Shown: piece after piece, positions 29,301 through 43,038 of the stretch
Numbering within the stretch: position 1 is the first letter of the stretch
Layout: each line of letters begins with the position of its first letter
DNA from: Trichoplax adhaerens
Lineage: Eukaryota; Animalia; Placozoa
Direction of reading: 5' to 3'
Assembly: GCF_000150275.1 (NCBI RefSeq)
Contig: NW_002060949.1
Span: 803,836-867,835 of the forward strand
Length of the DNA stretch: 64,000 nucleotides
The notes under the pieces: generated by a model
Seen by the model: only the letters and a program-made list of their open reading frames with translations
What the model was told of the DNA's origin: nothing
The model's database searches: none
Translations under genes and position numbers: made by a program

Positions 29301-31430
29301 TTGGACATGATCTGACATCCCGTTTTTAACGATTCAATTTTCAACTTTCACAGCAAAAGTTATGGAGGTAACGGAACGTATCTATCTTCCTGCCAATTAT
29401 CATTAAAATAATATAGTGTATGGGTGTCTACGCATTGCTATTAGAGCATCCTGTGATACACGAGTAGAACTGTGCAGCCTTCGCAGTACCTACCTATCAA
29501 TGTGATCTACACTTGATAAAATACAGTAGTAATAACATTAGTAACAATAAGAAGGATGTATCTCTTTCTAAATCGCTCATAATTAGGATTGGTTAGATTG
29601 ACGACGTCGATCTATCTAAAAGAGATCTGTAGCAGTAGTAAGTGATTGCACAAATAGACGACTTATTGAGCGATATTCTATTTAAAGACCGTACTACAAT
29701 GTCTTCATTGGCACATTTTCACTCTTTAGTCAATTGATCCAACTTGTTAGGAAAATTGACACTAGAGAGTATCTTGATCGTTCAACACTGCGGTTTGGGG
29801 ACCACCGATGATGATGTTGATGTAATAGATTAGTAGTAACCATCGTTGTTATTGAAAGCTGCCTGTTCAATTTTGCAAACGAGGTTAACAGATGAGTGGA
29901 GGGAGTTTCAATTGATCCGAGTTTACAGTTAGAATAGTGAACAAATGCAGGACACTGAACGATCATGTATGATTTATTGTACGCGTACTTAAGATGACAA
30001 TAAAATGTTGTCGGTAGTTTTCATAACTTATTCATAGTTTTTAAAGAGACTAAAACTTGAAGGAAAAAACGTGCGAGAATAGACGCGAGAGTAGACATGG
30101 TAATAAAATTTTATTTCATTAGTACAGTAGAATCATTTATGAATTATTGTTATAAATGTATGACGAAGCTAAGGCACCATGTCTATGTCGATAAATCTAC
30201 TCCATTATGCATCAACTAGCCAGTATATCTTTTTCGATAGAAATGCCACACACTTCCATGTAATTTCTGATGTGAACTTGTCTACTATGCAGGTACTACT
30301 AGGTACTACTGTGTACAGAGGTCAAAAAAAGGTTATTATCTCGATGATTCCATTTTTTCCATTTTACGTCACAATGATTAGGTAAAAACACCACAATTTG
30401 AATGGAATTTATTTACCCATTATTTACCGTAGTCTTGTTGGGATCAATTATTCTATTTTCTAGCTATATCAGGGACTTTTAAGAACAAAAAATGCACTAC
30501 TATAAATTCTGTCATCTCCATATGGCACCGTTGTACATGATGTTGTAATCGAGTAATCATAACGATAGTACTTTAGCAGAGTCTACTACGTATGTGTAGT
30601 ATATCATCGAGTAGGGGAGGATATGGAATTGCACTATACATGTAAATCCATGGAGTATTTTACGATTGGCGAATGGCATCTGCTCCACGTTCTACCAGTG
30701 CTGAGCTTATGGTATGTATTTCGTCCAGTAAATAATAATAATATTATCATTCTCCTGCTATGGAGAATGTACTCAATGACTACAGCACTGGACTTTGTTG
30801 CCCACAAGTAAAACTACTAAATATTCTTCTTCTTTCCTGGACCATATTTTTATTCATACTGTATTCAATGATCTTCTATCACCTTTGCATCTTGTTGTGC
30901 TGCATCTGAAATTCCGCTGACAGCAATGTGCGATAAACTGCGCCATGGATCTAGCAACATGACTTCTGTTTAATAATAAGTTCAATTAATTAAACAACAA
31001 CAGTCTGCGACCAGAGACTCCAGTGCAGTATCTACGTAATAACAAGCTCTTCTCCATTTTGAAGTTTACTACTTGGGATTTAGTAGTGAATGGTATGGTA
31101 TACTGGGCTCATGCCCACGCTGTATGCCCTTAGTATATTAATAATCAAGTTATGACAGCACTAAGCGAGTCCCTAATTAGGCTTATGCAAATTGCGGACA
31201 CCGCTTGAAATTTTGCTACGGCAAAATTTCAACTCCGCCAAGCTTACTACGGCATGGATGCATTTTGCCTACTCCAATCGTCGTAGCTCTTCGTACGTTA
31301 TGTGTGCTGCTGCTTGTTGCTTCTACTTCGTTCATTTTTCCTTGGTGAATATGCTGATACAATGCAATCAAAAGTTGACAATTGTATGAAAAACATTGGG
31401 TACAAGATGTAAGCAAACTTGACTACAAAC

Positions 31431-32706
31431 AGTAATAAACATGTTCCTGTACTTGTCCTACAGTAGAATAGACTGCAAATGAGAGATTTTTGAAAAGACT
31501 AAAACAACAGTAAATTCTTCTCTTCCTCCTTTCCAACAGCTCGTTTTTAGCCTAGAAAGATGATTACTATAGTCGATCAATCCATTAGCAACGCACAAAA
31601 GCAACCGCTTAAACAGTCCATTCTCGAATCTATTTAGTACAGTACAGACAGTATTAACATGTTGTGTACGAGTCCTATAGCAGAATAGACTGCAAATGAG
31701 AGACTTTGAAAAGACTAAAACAAGAGTAAAACCTTCTCTTCCTCCTTTCCAACAGCTGGTTTTTAGCCTAGAAAGATGAACTATAGTCGATCAATCCAAA
31801 AGCAACCGCTTAAACAATCCATTCTCGAATCTATTTAGTACAGTACTGTACAGACAGTATTAACATGTTGTGTACTACTCCTATAGCAGAATAGACTGCA
31901 AATGAGAGACTTTGAAAAGACTAAAACAAGAGTAAAACCTTCTCTTCCTCCTTTCCAACAGCTGGTTTTTAGCCTAGAAAGATGAACTATAGTCGATCAA
32001 TCCAATAGCAACGCTCAAAAGCAACCACTATAAGAGTCCATTCTCCAATCTATTTTGTACAGTACAGACAGTATTAACATGTTCCTGTACTAGTCCTATA
32101 GCAGAATAGACTGCAAATAAGAGATTTTGAAAAGACTAANACAAGAGTAAACTCTTCTCTTTCTCCTTTCCAACAGCTGGTTTTTAGCCTAGAAAGCTGA
32201 ACTATAGTCGATCAATCCAATAGCAACGCTCAAAAGCAACCGCTTAAACAATCCATTCTCGAATCTATTTAGTACGGTACAGACAGTATCAACATGTTCC
32301 TGTACTAGTCCTATAGCAGAATAGACTGCAAATGAGAGATTTTGAAAAGACTAAAACAAGAGTAAAACCTTCTCTTCCTCCTTTCCAACAGCTCGTTTTT
32401 AGCCTAGAAAGATGAACTATAGTCGATCAATCCAATAGCAACGCACAAAAGCAACCGCTTAAACAGTCCATTCTCGAATCTATTTAGTACAGTACAGACA
32501 GTATCAACATGTTGTGTACGAGTCCTACAGCAGAATAGACTGCAAATGAGAGATTTTGAAAAGACTAAAACAAGAGTAAACTCTTCTCTTTCTCCTTTCC
32601 AACAGCTCGTTTTTAGCCTAGAAAGATGAACTATAGTCGATCAATCCAATAGCAACGCTCAAAAGCAACCACTATAAGAGTCCATTCTCCAATCGATTTA
32701 GTACAG
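31431..32706. repeat. Tandem array, ~215-bp unit, 6 copies
   Basis: AGAATAGACTGCAAAT(G/A)AGAGA starts at 31465, 31682, 31888, 32103, 32318 and 32532 (periods 217, 206, 215, 215, 214). Copies are near-identical. Confidence 0.97.
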
Positions 32707-35700
32707 CATCATACAGTAGCTCAATCCAGATTCCAGCATAAACCATTTTGCTTGGAAAAACTGCCTGACTACAAGCAAGGCGGCTGCTAACTGTATCAAA
32801 CCGCTCTATTAATAACCTCTACACAAGGATACAACAGTGAGCCTATTTTTCAACTATCTTTTCCTTGTTCCACTAAATTGATTTCCGTCCTTGCCAAAGT
32901 CTGTTGTAAGGCAAGACAAATTCGATGTCAGTCTTGTAACACTATAACCTAACAACAGTCAGAATCGGATGAATGGTTTTCAAATCCCCGCAACCTACCC
33001 TGGATCAGACCGTAGATCACGAAAACCTTTCAATCTTTCCATCAACTTAATATGGACTATTGAATAGGATGATCATTTAAGGTAATATTATTATTTTCAA
33101 TCGCCAAATTCTACCATTGCAGGCGGTACGGGGGCTTCTGTATTGAGAGAGAGAGAGGAGTGTCGAGTTTGAAGGAGAAAGGGTTCCAATACAATACTTG
33201 TATATTATACACTGCTGTACATAGGCTACAAAAAATCGCTTGGACTATTGGATGAATATGGCGACAGGAACACTCGATGGATTGATGAGTAATGTAAAAC
33301 TACTTGATCCTCGATAAAAATGATACTAACATAAACGCTACTTCTTTTTATGACTGTCCATATCATCAACATGGAGTACAGCGTCCTTGTACAGTATACT
33401 AATGGGATGCTCTGTTCTACTTTCTGTATCTGCTTTGTGTCGTTGCAAAAAAAAAAGTGTTTAGTAGTATCGCTGAGTGATTGTTCCACAAGAAAAATGT
33501 CAGGAATTTCCGGATAATTACAACTGATGAGAAAGCGATCATAAGCCTGAAGGCGATTACTTATTTCCAATTCATTCGTTATGTCTTGATATTACTACTG
33601 AGAAAGGGCAAGTTGCTGTTCTACCAATACACTAGCTAAATGTTGATTTGCTTACTCTACAAGTGTTTACATTACGTCGCAAATGGCCATGGATTGTCCA
33701 CAATTGGACTGCTGTTGCATGACACAAAATGAGATCATTTTTCCCCTTCAAACTGCCAATCGACTGCGGGTAGTAACGAATTCAGTGTATGGCACTGCTC
33801 CATTTTAACCATGGCAATATCCATCTCTACACCTAGAACATAACCGCAATCGAGCTCTGAAGTAGCCAATCTACAATAGAGGATTCTAAAGAACCACTTC
33901 ATCGTGATTGACACTGAAAAAATTGAAATAGATGACGGCTTACAATAATAAAATAGGATACCAATACATGTACTGTAATCGGATCAAGCGGACTAGATCC
34001 CATCACAGTAGTCATCCTTCTTGAACAGCCAAGCTATCAATCATCAGCATTGAAAGATTATATTATCCAGCTTGATCCATACTTGCAATAAATAAATTAT
34101 AATTGTACAGTTATGCAACAAAAGTGATGACATACTGTTCATACATTTGCAGCGTTGGAGTACTCAAAGAATGGAAATATTTTTATTTCCAGTAGGGAGT
34201 CTTGTTAAAATGATGTACAGTAGTCATCACTGTCTAGCATTTGACCAACAACTTTGCCCATTCAAAATTTGGACGCAATTTTGGGTCAATGTAAGTAATA
34301 CTGGTAGTCCTCGTTATGAACTGAGAGTCGTATTAAAAGTGTTGTTGTCGATTAGTTTATTTGTGGTCGATCAATCCAAAAAGAAAAAATCACTCAAGTA
34401 TCTTTTTGCTCCGCGATTTTTTGTATTATTATACGGCCTAAATTTTAAAGTTAGATTGATTCGGAAAATTAATTGATAGATGATCCATTTTTTATCACAC
34501 GAAATTTGAAAGTATAAGTAATTTACCAACCTTGACCTTTGGTATTCTGCAGCAATGACACTAAGAGTGAACTAGAGTGAAAAGAGAGAGCTTTGATGGA
34601 AAAGATGGAGATGAACATATACTGTATATCTCGTCGATCCTATTTCTTGACTGTGCGTATGTATAGAACTCTATGAGTAGCATACGGGAACATAGCGAAG
34701 AGCTAAATTGGAATAGTTTTTGAAATGATATGCTTGATAATCAACTGGATTGCGATCAGGAGTAACTAGCTATAAAAGGAACTACAGGTATTACAATGTC
34801 GCCAGTTATTCTGTAGACGATTAAGTTATTATATCGTCAAACTTTTATGTCAATACATTGTCTTGCTTAATACACCAGTTATACTATCAAAAAGGCAATG
34901 TTTGTCTTGATGTACACATACGCAGCGGCGGAAGTAGCTAAATACGGTAGAATACGAGTATGTCGTTAGCAACATCAGGGAAATGACCAAAAGCCACATT
35001 TGAATCAACTTGATCCCTACGTTTTCTTTAAGGAATAACGGTACATTTTGAAAAAATATTCAATCGAAAGGACGGACCCACGAATTGGATTTAATTCGAA
35101 TATTTAAGTACTCTACTGTCATGTTACTGGTAAATCTCTCACTTTAAAAATGGATTTGATGTATTATAGCATGTTTTCCGTGTAAGAATTGAATATTCAA
35201 GATTGTAAAGATTTTTTATTTCATGCTTGAAATTGTAATGTAATTTTATTCAGTTTAAAAACACTCCTTCTATCCACTAATTTAATTTAATCGTCCATTT
35301 TCTAAAGCCCTCAGCTATTTTATAAACTCACGTTGAGATGTTGAAAACAACTGTATCTCTTCTATGTTATTCAAATGTATTCGAGTTGTACGAGTACATG
35401 GATATTAAGACATCACTGCTTGTACGGTTATGCATCGTTAAATTATTGCTAACTTTGTCTTCAGCATAGAAGCAATTGATTTTATGACGGGCAATTTATG
35501 ATGAAAGTTGTTACTTTTTCAACGCTGTCAATCCTTTGCGATCATCGCTTGTACTGTACTTCTGCATATTAGTACAACCGTCAAAGATTCTATTATAATA
35601 ATCATTGGCAAATCGTCTGCTGGATAATAGTCCTTGACAGCGCTGAAAATCAATTTTTCTTAGTGGTATCCATAGGAGTTTTGCTTTGTTTTCTTGCCTG

Positions 35701-36136
35701 CTATTTACCGTCGTCATCATCATCATTATCGACATTGTTCACAAAGAAACAGACCACACACAGTAATATTATACATATGGAATAGAGCAGGGCGTTGTAT
35801 TAGATTGCTATTTTAAATTGTTCATAGAATTTAAAATATACTAGCTAGCGCTAGCATAGTACTGTACTACATATTCTTATGGAATACAGTATACGTAGAC
35901 AAACCCCATGCAATACAATCGGAGAACAGTAGGCAACTGTTCTCTATAGTGGAAATTATCCAAGTTTCTGGCTAATAAAAACAAGTTCTTTTGATAGCAC
36001 AGCTTTGTAATATATCCTGCTCTCTGTTTAATCGCGTTAATATACTCGTATAATTTATAAAATTGTCTATTTTATATATTTTCGATTGTAGTATTGGCAC
36101 GTATTATAACCGGATAGTAGACTAAGCACAAATAAA

Positions 36137-39100
36137 ATGTCTTCAAACAATAATCACAATGAAAACGACGATAGAACTTCCAACCTAAACAACAACAATA
36201 ATAATAATAATAATAATAAAAAACCCTCCATTGCATGGATAGAAGATGATGAAGATACAAATTCCAATGATGTTAACAATCACAGGTATGGAAATTGCAT
36301 TGATTCATAGAACTAGATATAGGCGTTTTAATTCTTATAATTCAATCCTGATGGATTTAGCACTCAAAGTAACACGAGTTTTAAACAGTGTTGATTCAAA
36401 AATTGTTACTAGATCAGTCCGTTAAATTCGTTTCAAGTACTTGTATACCAATAAATGACGTAGAATGTAGACTTGTACTATTATATATGGCAATTAAAAC
36501 TATACCAAATTATTCTGTGCTGATTAGATTACATAAAGTAATAACTTGGTAGAGTAAAATGAGATTCGAGCGTATTATCAACGTAGCAATGCAGATCTAA
36601 TAAATAAATGATTTTCAAATTCGCTAACGTAAATTAACTTCAATTTTACCCGTATGAAGTATTCGAGAATATACACGTTCGTAGTCAGAAAGAACTTTAA
36701 ATATTATGAGATAGAGTATACTGCAATATGAACTATATCCATTTACAAAATATTGTCAATCGTAGAATTTTTGATTCTTTTAAATGTTTTGCCATAATTT
36801 TGGATGTAATGAGAAATCCAAACACGAGTCCTTTCTTTGATCAATTCAATACAGTATAAAATAGATGATTTAGATAATCAATACTGTAGCTTGATTTTAG
36901 CTAATCAAACAATCTTCTATTCAACGGCAAATATCTTCAGTATACCGTGCCTTATGTTATATCATAAATTCATAATAAAATAGTAGAATGATCGCCTAGT
37001 TGTACAGTACTACCCTCTACTAGCGGGTCCTAAGTTAGAAGGCAGTTAATCGTATCAAATGATTGCAGTTAGAGAAATTGTATAGTGTTATGCTTCGATC
37101 AACGACTTATTGAATTGTAAAAATTTCCAACAATACTATACTTTTGATTTTGTACTCTATAAACATCATCGATTATCATCTGACAATTATACTTTACTCA
37201 GGATATTGTTAACGTCATACTTTTTGACATAGTGACAGGAATTTTGCTTCTCGGTATTACCATCAATTAATATGTTGATCATGTTATGACGACGACAAAA
37301 CAAGATCATTTAGTTCTAGGGATACGTTATTATATTAAAACAATGTTCTATTTGTGCCTTGTTAAACATTTTTTATCCATTCGTCACTTCACTACGACAA
37401 TAGTCAAGTAATCGGCGTGAATTAAACCTATAAACAATCCCGTTCGATAATTTACGATAATCATTTTTTTAAATTAATTCGATGTTCGTACAACATTCCA
37501 AAAGTGCATTGGTAATGGATTTACTTGCAAGGTACTTAAATGTAACGTGAAAGATTAGTGACAACTATAATATAATCTGAAAGAACTGCTTTATAACTAA
37601 TTGTATTAGTTAGCGTGATTGTGCATTTTCTAGTAGCACACGCGTATTTGCAATATGACTAGTTGTCTAGCAAGTAATTGACAGTATTGTATTAGTCCAT
37701 AAAAATACTATCTCAATGCTATGTACAGAATTTATTTTACAGGACATTATTGATTGATTGATATAAGTTCTTAGTTAATGCAATGGTACACAGTATTAAT
37801 AGTAGATATTACGATATCATAGGAAGTAGCATCAACATGCAGTGCTAACTCGAAATCTTTCGAAGTAAATAGTCGCTTGTTGAAAATTGACAATAGTATT
37901 CCTACAACGTAGTAATAAGATTCAGATCTTGTTGGCTGCAGTAAACAGAAGTTATTTAAAATTCCAGAGTAATTCGTATAGTATCAGACAAAATTCCTAT
38001 TATATGGGTAATGCAAATTTTTTGTCAATTTAACTTACGACTACTGTTGACCAGTTTCTTTGTGGTACTACAATGTTATAATTGAAATTAGATTTTAACT
38101 CATTTGGTCATGGTTCCTTCCATTTTTACAGTACTTTATCGTAGCTGGATTAGTTTAGCGATATTTCTGACAACTTTAACCAACACACTAAAGATATAAA
38201 TTTATAATAACATTATTAAAATGAATTTTAGAGCCGACTGATTACTATGCAAATCAGACGGGTATTCTTTTATTGGGCTGTAGTTTACATTATTATAGGA
38301 TAGCTATTAGGCTTTTATCCATTAATTGGTAGTACTATACCGAGAGAGCTATTTTAACAGTAAAATGTAGTAGATAACAAACTGAAAATACCGGAATGTG
38401 ATCATAGTTTGTCTGCTCTTTTGTTTTAGTTGACAGCATTAGCATATTATCTTATGTTACTATCGGTGTTATTGAAAAAAGTAAACTAATCGATTATATC
38501 GTTATTGATTGAAATTTTGTCAAATACTTTAATTTAATGCCTCTAATGGTGTAATTATTTATTACTAGTCTAACACCCTGCTCGTAATACTTCGCATACG
38601 TATTTACTAACCCAATGTTTTAATTCCTTAGCATCCGTACTCATTTCTGACATCGTTATTAACAATGATAGCTAATAGTTCATTTCTTGCGAGTAGATGT
38701 TACCTTATCCAATATTGATTACGAACGATGAATGCAGTGTTGCACAGTAGTAAAATTAGTCATAGTATGTATCATATTGGTACACTGACTTTGTGCAGAT
38801 ATTCGCAACTAATATTCGCATGATGCATTATGCAGCTTTTATTTAAACTGACTATGCTACAGAAGTTAAAATGCAACAGTAGTTTTATGTAGTCGCTATT
38901 ACGTGGCCATGACATGTAATATCCAATTACTTTAGAATCGAATAAAAGATAAACAATTTTGTTAACGTAAATATGAAGCAGTGCATATGCCCAAAAATGA
39001 TTATTGTAGATAATAATTAATATAATACTGCACTGTAGCGCCAACTGCAGTGCTTTATACGTCGTGATTTGTAGTAACTGCCGCACACAGTTGAATGCTA

Positions 39101-42100
39101 TCCATCGCTTACAAAATGTGTATCAGTAGTATGAAATTGAAAAAGTTTTACACCATTCAAACCAAGTCGAAATAGCGTTATATTGTATTAATGGTGAGTA
39201 CTATCGCAATTATTAGAATGTCCATGGATTCCTATAACGGGACATCGGATAATCATACGAACTTGGATGTCCAACATCATGTCAATCGGCGTAGTTCTTT
39301 CCTGTATAAAAATGATGAGAAGGATTCTCATCATAGCCCAAGACCCGGATCAAGATCCTCTTCATTTTCAATGGAAAGGTATCATCAATTAGATTTTTTG
39401 TTGTTATTATTATCTATAATTAATATATATAATATATATATGTATATATGTAATACGGTATTTAATTATCTTGAATTATAGGATAGAAGAGAAAATTGTA
39501 ACTCCTTTTGCTCAGGTATAACCTACATCTTGTTTTAATATTAGCTTTCAATTTATGGTTATGCATTGTGCTTTATTTATTTCGGTAACCAAATTATTAA
39601 TTTTTGTCATAGATATTTTATAATAATTAAAAAAGTAAAGGTAGTTTGTAAACTGATCTCACATTTTGTCATCGTAGGTTATGCAAACACTAGGAAGCAT
39701 TAGGGATAACTTCGTAATTTTAACGAAACTTCAAATCGACAAGTATGTGATACGAATTAAAATTTTGTAGTTATATTGTATAGTATTATGATGCTATAAT
39801 TTTTTTTATCAATTTTACTATAATATTTTAGGAGGAGAGGATCACTTGGTGGGGCAGCTGCTGCAGCACATGTTGTACCTAGAATGTTTCATACTGACAA
39901 AAATTATAGAAAGGTATAGTTTTGTTTGTTATATTATAACATTTGCCAATCTATAAGCAGAGTATAAGCTATAATATAACAAATTTTGCAGTTGGCATTA
40001 GACACCCTGCAAAATTTTGATTGGTGTCTGGAACAACTCCAATCTCTTCAAGTACATAAATCAGTCAGCAATATGGCTTCCAGTAAGGTGTGTTAGGAAA
40101 ATAATAATGAATCTATAAGATTTAATTAAATTCATGATGCTGATTGCATCTTTTCCTATGTTTTTAGTTCAGGAAGTTACTTGCTCAAGAGTTAACTCAT
40201 TTCTCCGATGCTAGCAAATCTGGAACTCAAGTATCTCAATACTTAAGCAAGACTTTCCTGAGTGCGTATAGATCGATGGTTACAACATCGTAGAGTGAAA
40301 TTTCTAAATATGTTTATGATATTGTTTGTGATGTAGCTTCAGATGAAAACGAGACGGATATGGACGTATCTTCACAGGATGGGAAGTCTAAAATACAGGA
40401 GCTGTCACAGATAACGGTTAAAAAGTCCCCTCGCATACCACAAATGTCTAAACCTGTTTCACGGTTATTTCTTAAGCTTCTAATTTATGATATATTTGTG
40501 TTTGTATAGTAAAGTAATTTAATTACTAATAATTATTCAACATAATCAATGTATCACAGATTTGGAGTAAATGATGTCGATGAGAGGGCTCTCAGTAAGG
40601 TTGGCAAATTTATTACTGTAGAAAATTCTTTTGTACATTAAATTCTAAAGTTATTGACTATATTTAAATTATTTAATAGTTTTTTGCTAATTCAAAGATA
40701 ATTTTAATTTTAAAAGTGTATGAAAAAAATTGATCAGTGGGGACTGGAAGTATTTGAAGTCAATCAGCTCACTAATGGTAGACCATTGACATGTGTCACT
40801 TACATGATTTTACAGGTATCAACTGCATTTTTTGGAATATTTAATTATTAATAATTGTCATCATTTATTTAATTATAATTCTACTTTTAAATGCAGAAAA
40901 GAAATTTTCTCGAAACTTTTAAAATTCCTGTCCCCACCTTATTACGATATATTGGTACTGTGGAAGTGAGTATAATTTCGATAAATGCGATAGACGAAAT
41001 CTGTTGTAAAGTTTACATTTTGTCGAATCATATTGTAGAAACACTACCGAAAAGAAAACTACTATCACAATAACATTCATGCAGCTGATGTTGCACAATC
41101 CGTACATGTTCTGCTCTCTTCCCCAGTTTTATCGGTAGGATAATTTGATAGATACCGTAATTGATAGTATATAACAACCTACAAAAATCAAAACGCTAAC
41201 TTATGATATTATTCGGAATACAGAGTGTATTTACCGACCTAGAAATATTGGCTGCAATATTTGCCGGCGCAATTCATGATGTTAATCATCCCGGACTGAA
41301 TAATCAATTTTTAATACAAACTAGTAAATACTGTCTTAATATGAATCAAAATTAATAACCTGTAATACTATTCGTGCTTACTCATCGAAAATACTCTAAA
41401 AATTATTATATTTTAGTGTCAGAATTAGCAATTATCTATAACGATGTATCCGTACTAGAAAATCATCACCTTGCTATGGCTTTCAAACTTTTACAGGTTA
41501 AAATATTTAGAGATTGAATGATTTAGTGTAACATAATCCGTAGTAGGATTCGTATTTAACTGTTGGTATTTTAATTTGTTAATTTTAGAACGATGGGTGC
41601 GATATCTTTGCTAATCTTTCAAAGAAAGAAAGGCAGTCATTAAGAAAAATGGTTATCGATATGGTATGTGTTGTTTAATTCCATCAAACACTGAGATCCA
41701 TTATAATAAGAAATTTGCTCTTTATTAGGTTCTTGCAACAGATATGTCAAAGCATATGTCTTTATTGGCTGATCTGCGAACTATGGTAGAAGCTCACAAG
41801 TTTTCGAAAGGCATTTCGCTTTCCATAAATAACTATTCTGACAGGATAAAAGTAAGTTACAAGTTGTTTTAAGTTGATGGTAAATTGGCGTGAATAGATC
41901 TTAATATTATTCGCAATAATAGATTTTGCAATGTTGCGTTCATTGTGCGGATTTAAGCAACCCAACTAAACCGTTACATCTTTACAAAGAATGGGTTAAG
42001 AGGGTCTTAGAAGAGTGTTGGTGTCAGGTATATTTATTTGTTTAATACATAAAATTTCAGTTTTAATATTTGTATTTCTGTATTGATATATATATATATC

Positions 42101-43038
42101 TTTAACAATTACGACATAGGGTGATAAAGAAAGAAATTTAGGATTAGCTGTTAGCCCGATGATGGATCGGCACAGTGTCTCTGTTGAAAAGTCTCAGGTA
42201 TGCCATAATTTATAGTTTTTTGAAACGATACTGAATTTAGGTAATTGATGATAAACCATCGATTTCAAAACTTAACATTCCATATCTTTCGAAGCTTATT
42301 CTTTTATTACGGAATTTGTTTCTTAATTAGGTTGGATTTATTGATTTCATCGTTCAACCTTTGTGGGAAACCTGGGCAGATCTGGTTTATCCTGATGCGA
42401 ATAAAATTTTAGACGCTTTACAAGAAAACCGAGATTACTTCAATTCGAAAATCTTAACTAGCCCATCCATGGAGTAAGGAATTACAAAAATCACTTTATT
42501 GTGGAGCTATTAATAACAGAAGTAGTTATCATCTATTACTATTTTATATTTGGAAGGGTACTTAGGCCTACAGTTTGCTACCTAAGTCAACACTTTCTTA
42601 TTAACGAAATTTTTGCTTTGTAGTAATGAACGAGGATATTGTAATTATCCAATCTTATGAAATTTTTGGTATCTTATTTACATTAGGCAAACTACCAAAG
42701 ATGTACCTCAAGTAGATAACCTTGAAAAAGAGTCCCTTAATGATAACGATAATAATATTAAATTTACATTTACCGGATCATCCAACAACAATGACGATAG
42801 CGAAACGATATCTAATGATGAATTGGATGATGAGTCAACTGAAAATGACAAAACCAGTAACGAATCCCGCAGAATGGAGTCGGATACTATTGTTGCGAAA
42901 ACGGAGTCAAGTATTACTTATCATTTAAGCGATGAAGTGATTCAGAGACTTCGTAGATTAAGCAATGACGCATTACATGATGTGGAAGATTGCGATGAAA
43001 CAGGTGATTTTTACGTTGAGGAATCCGCAGCGACCTAA
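36137..43038 (+). CDS. PDE4: cAMP-specific phosphodiesterase 4, long isoform (UCR1, UCR2, catalytic domain); about 20 coding exons
   Basis: Exon 1 (36137-36285, MSSNNNHNE..poly-N..NNHR, phase 2) splices in frame to 39217. UCR1: [18 protein letters not shown]2: [24 protein letters not shown]. Catalytic: [44 protein letters not shown]. Stop TAA at 43036-43038. The exon 1 assignment is less certain than the rest. Confidence 0.93.
36187..36217 (+). repeat. (AAC/AAT)n coding microsatellite giving a poly-Asn tract in PDE4 exon 1
   Basis: aac aac aac aat aat aat aat aat aat aat, in frame with ATG 36137. Confidence 0.8.

Noticed and set aside
33226-33920. 114-aa and ~55-aa minus-strand ORFs
   Set aside because: No recognisable homology or consistent splice chain; at most decayed repeat sequence.
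39613-39640. Possible PDE4 micro-exon (CATAG...AAG|GTAG)
   Set aside because: It is 28 nt, frameshifting, and contains an in-frame TAA. The flanking exons already join correctly.
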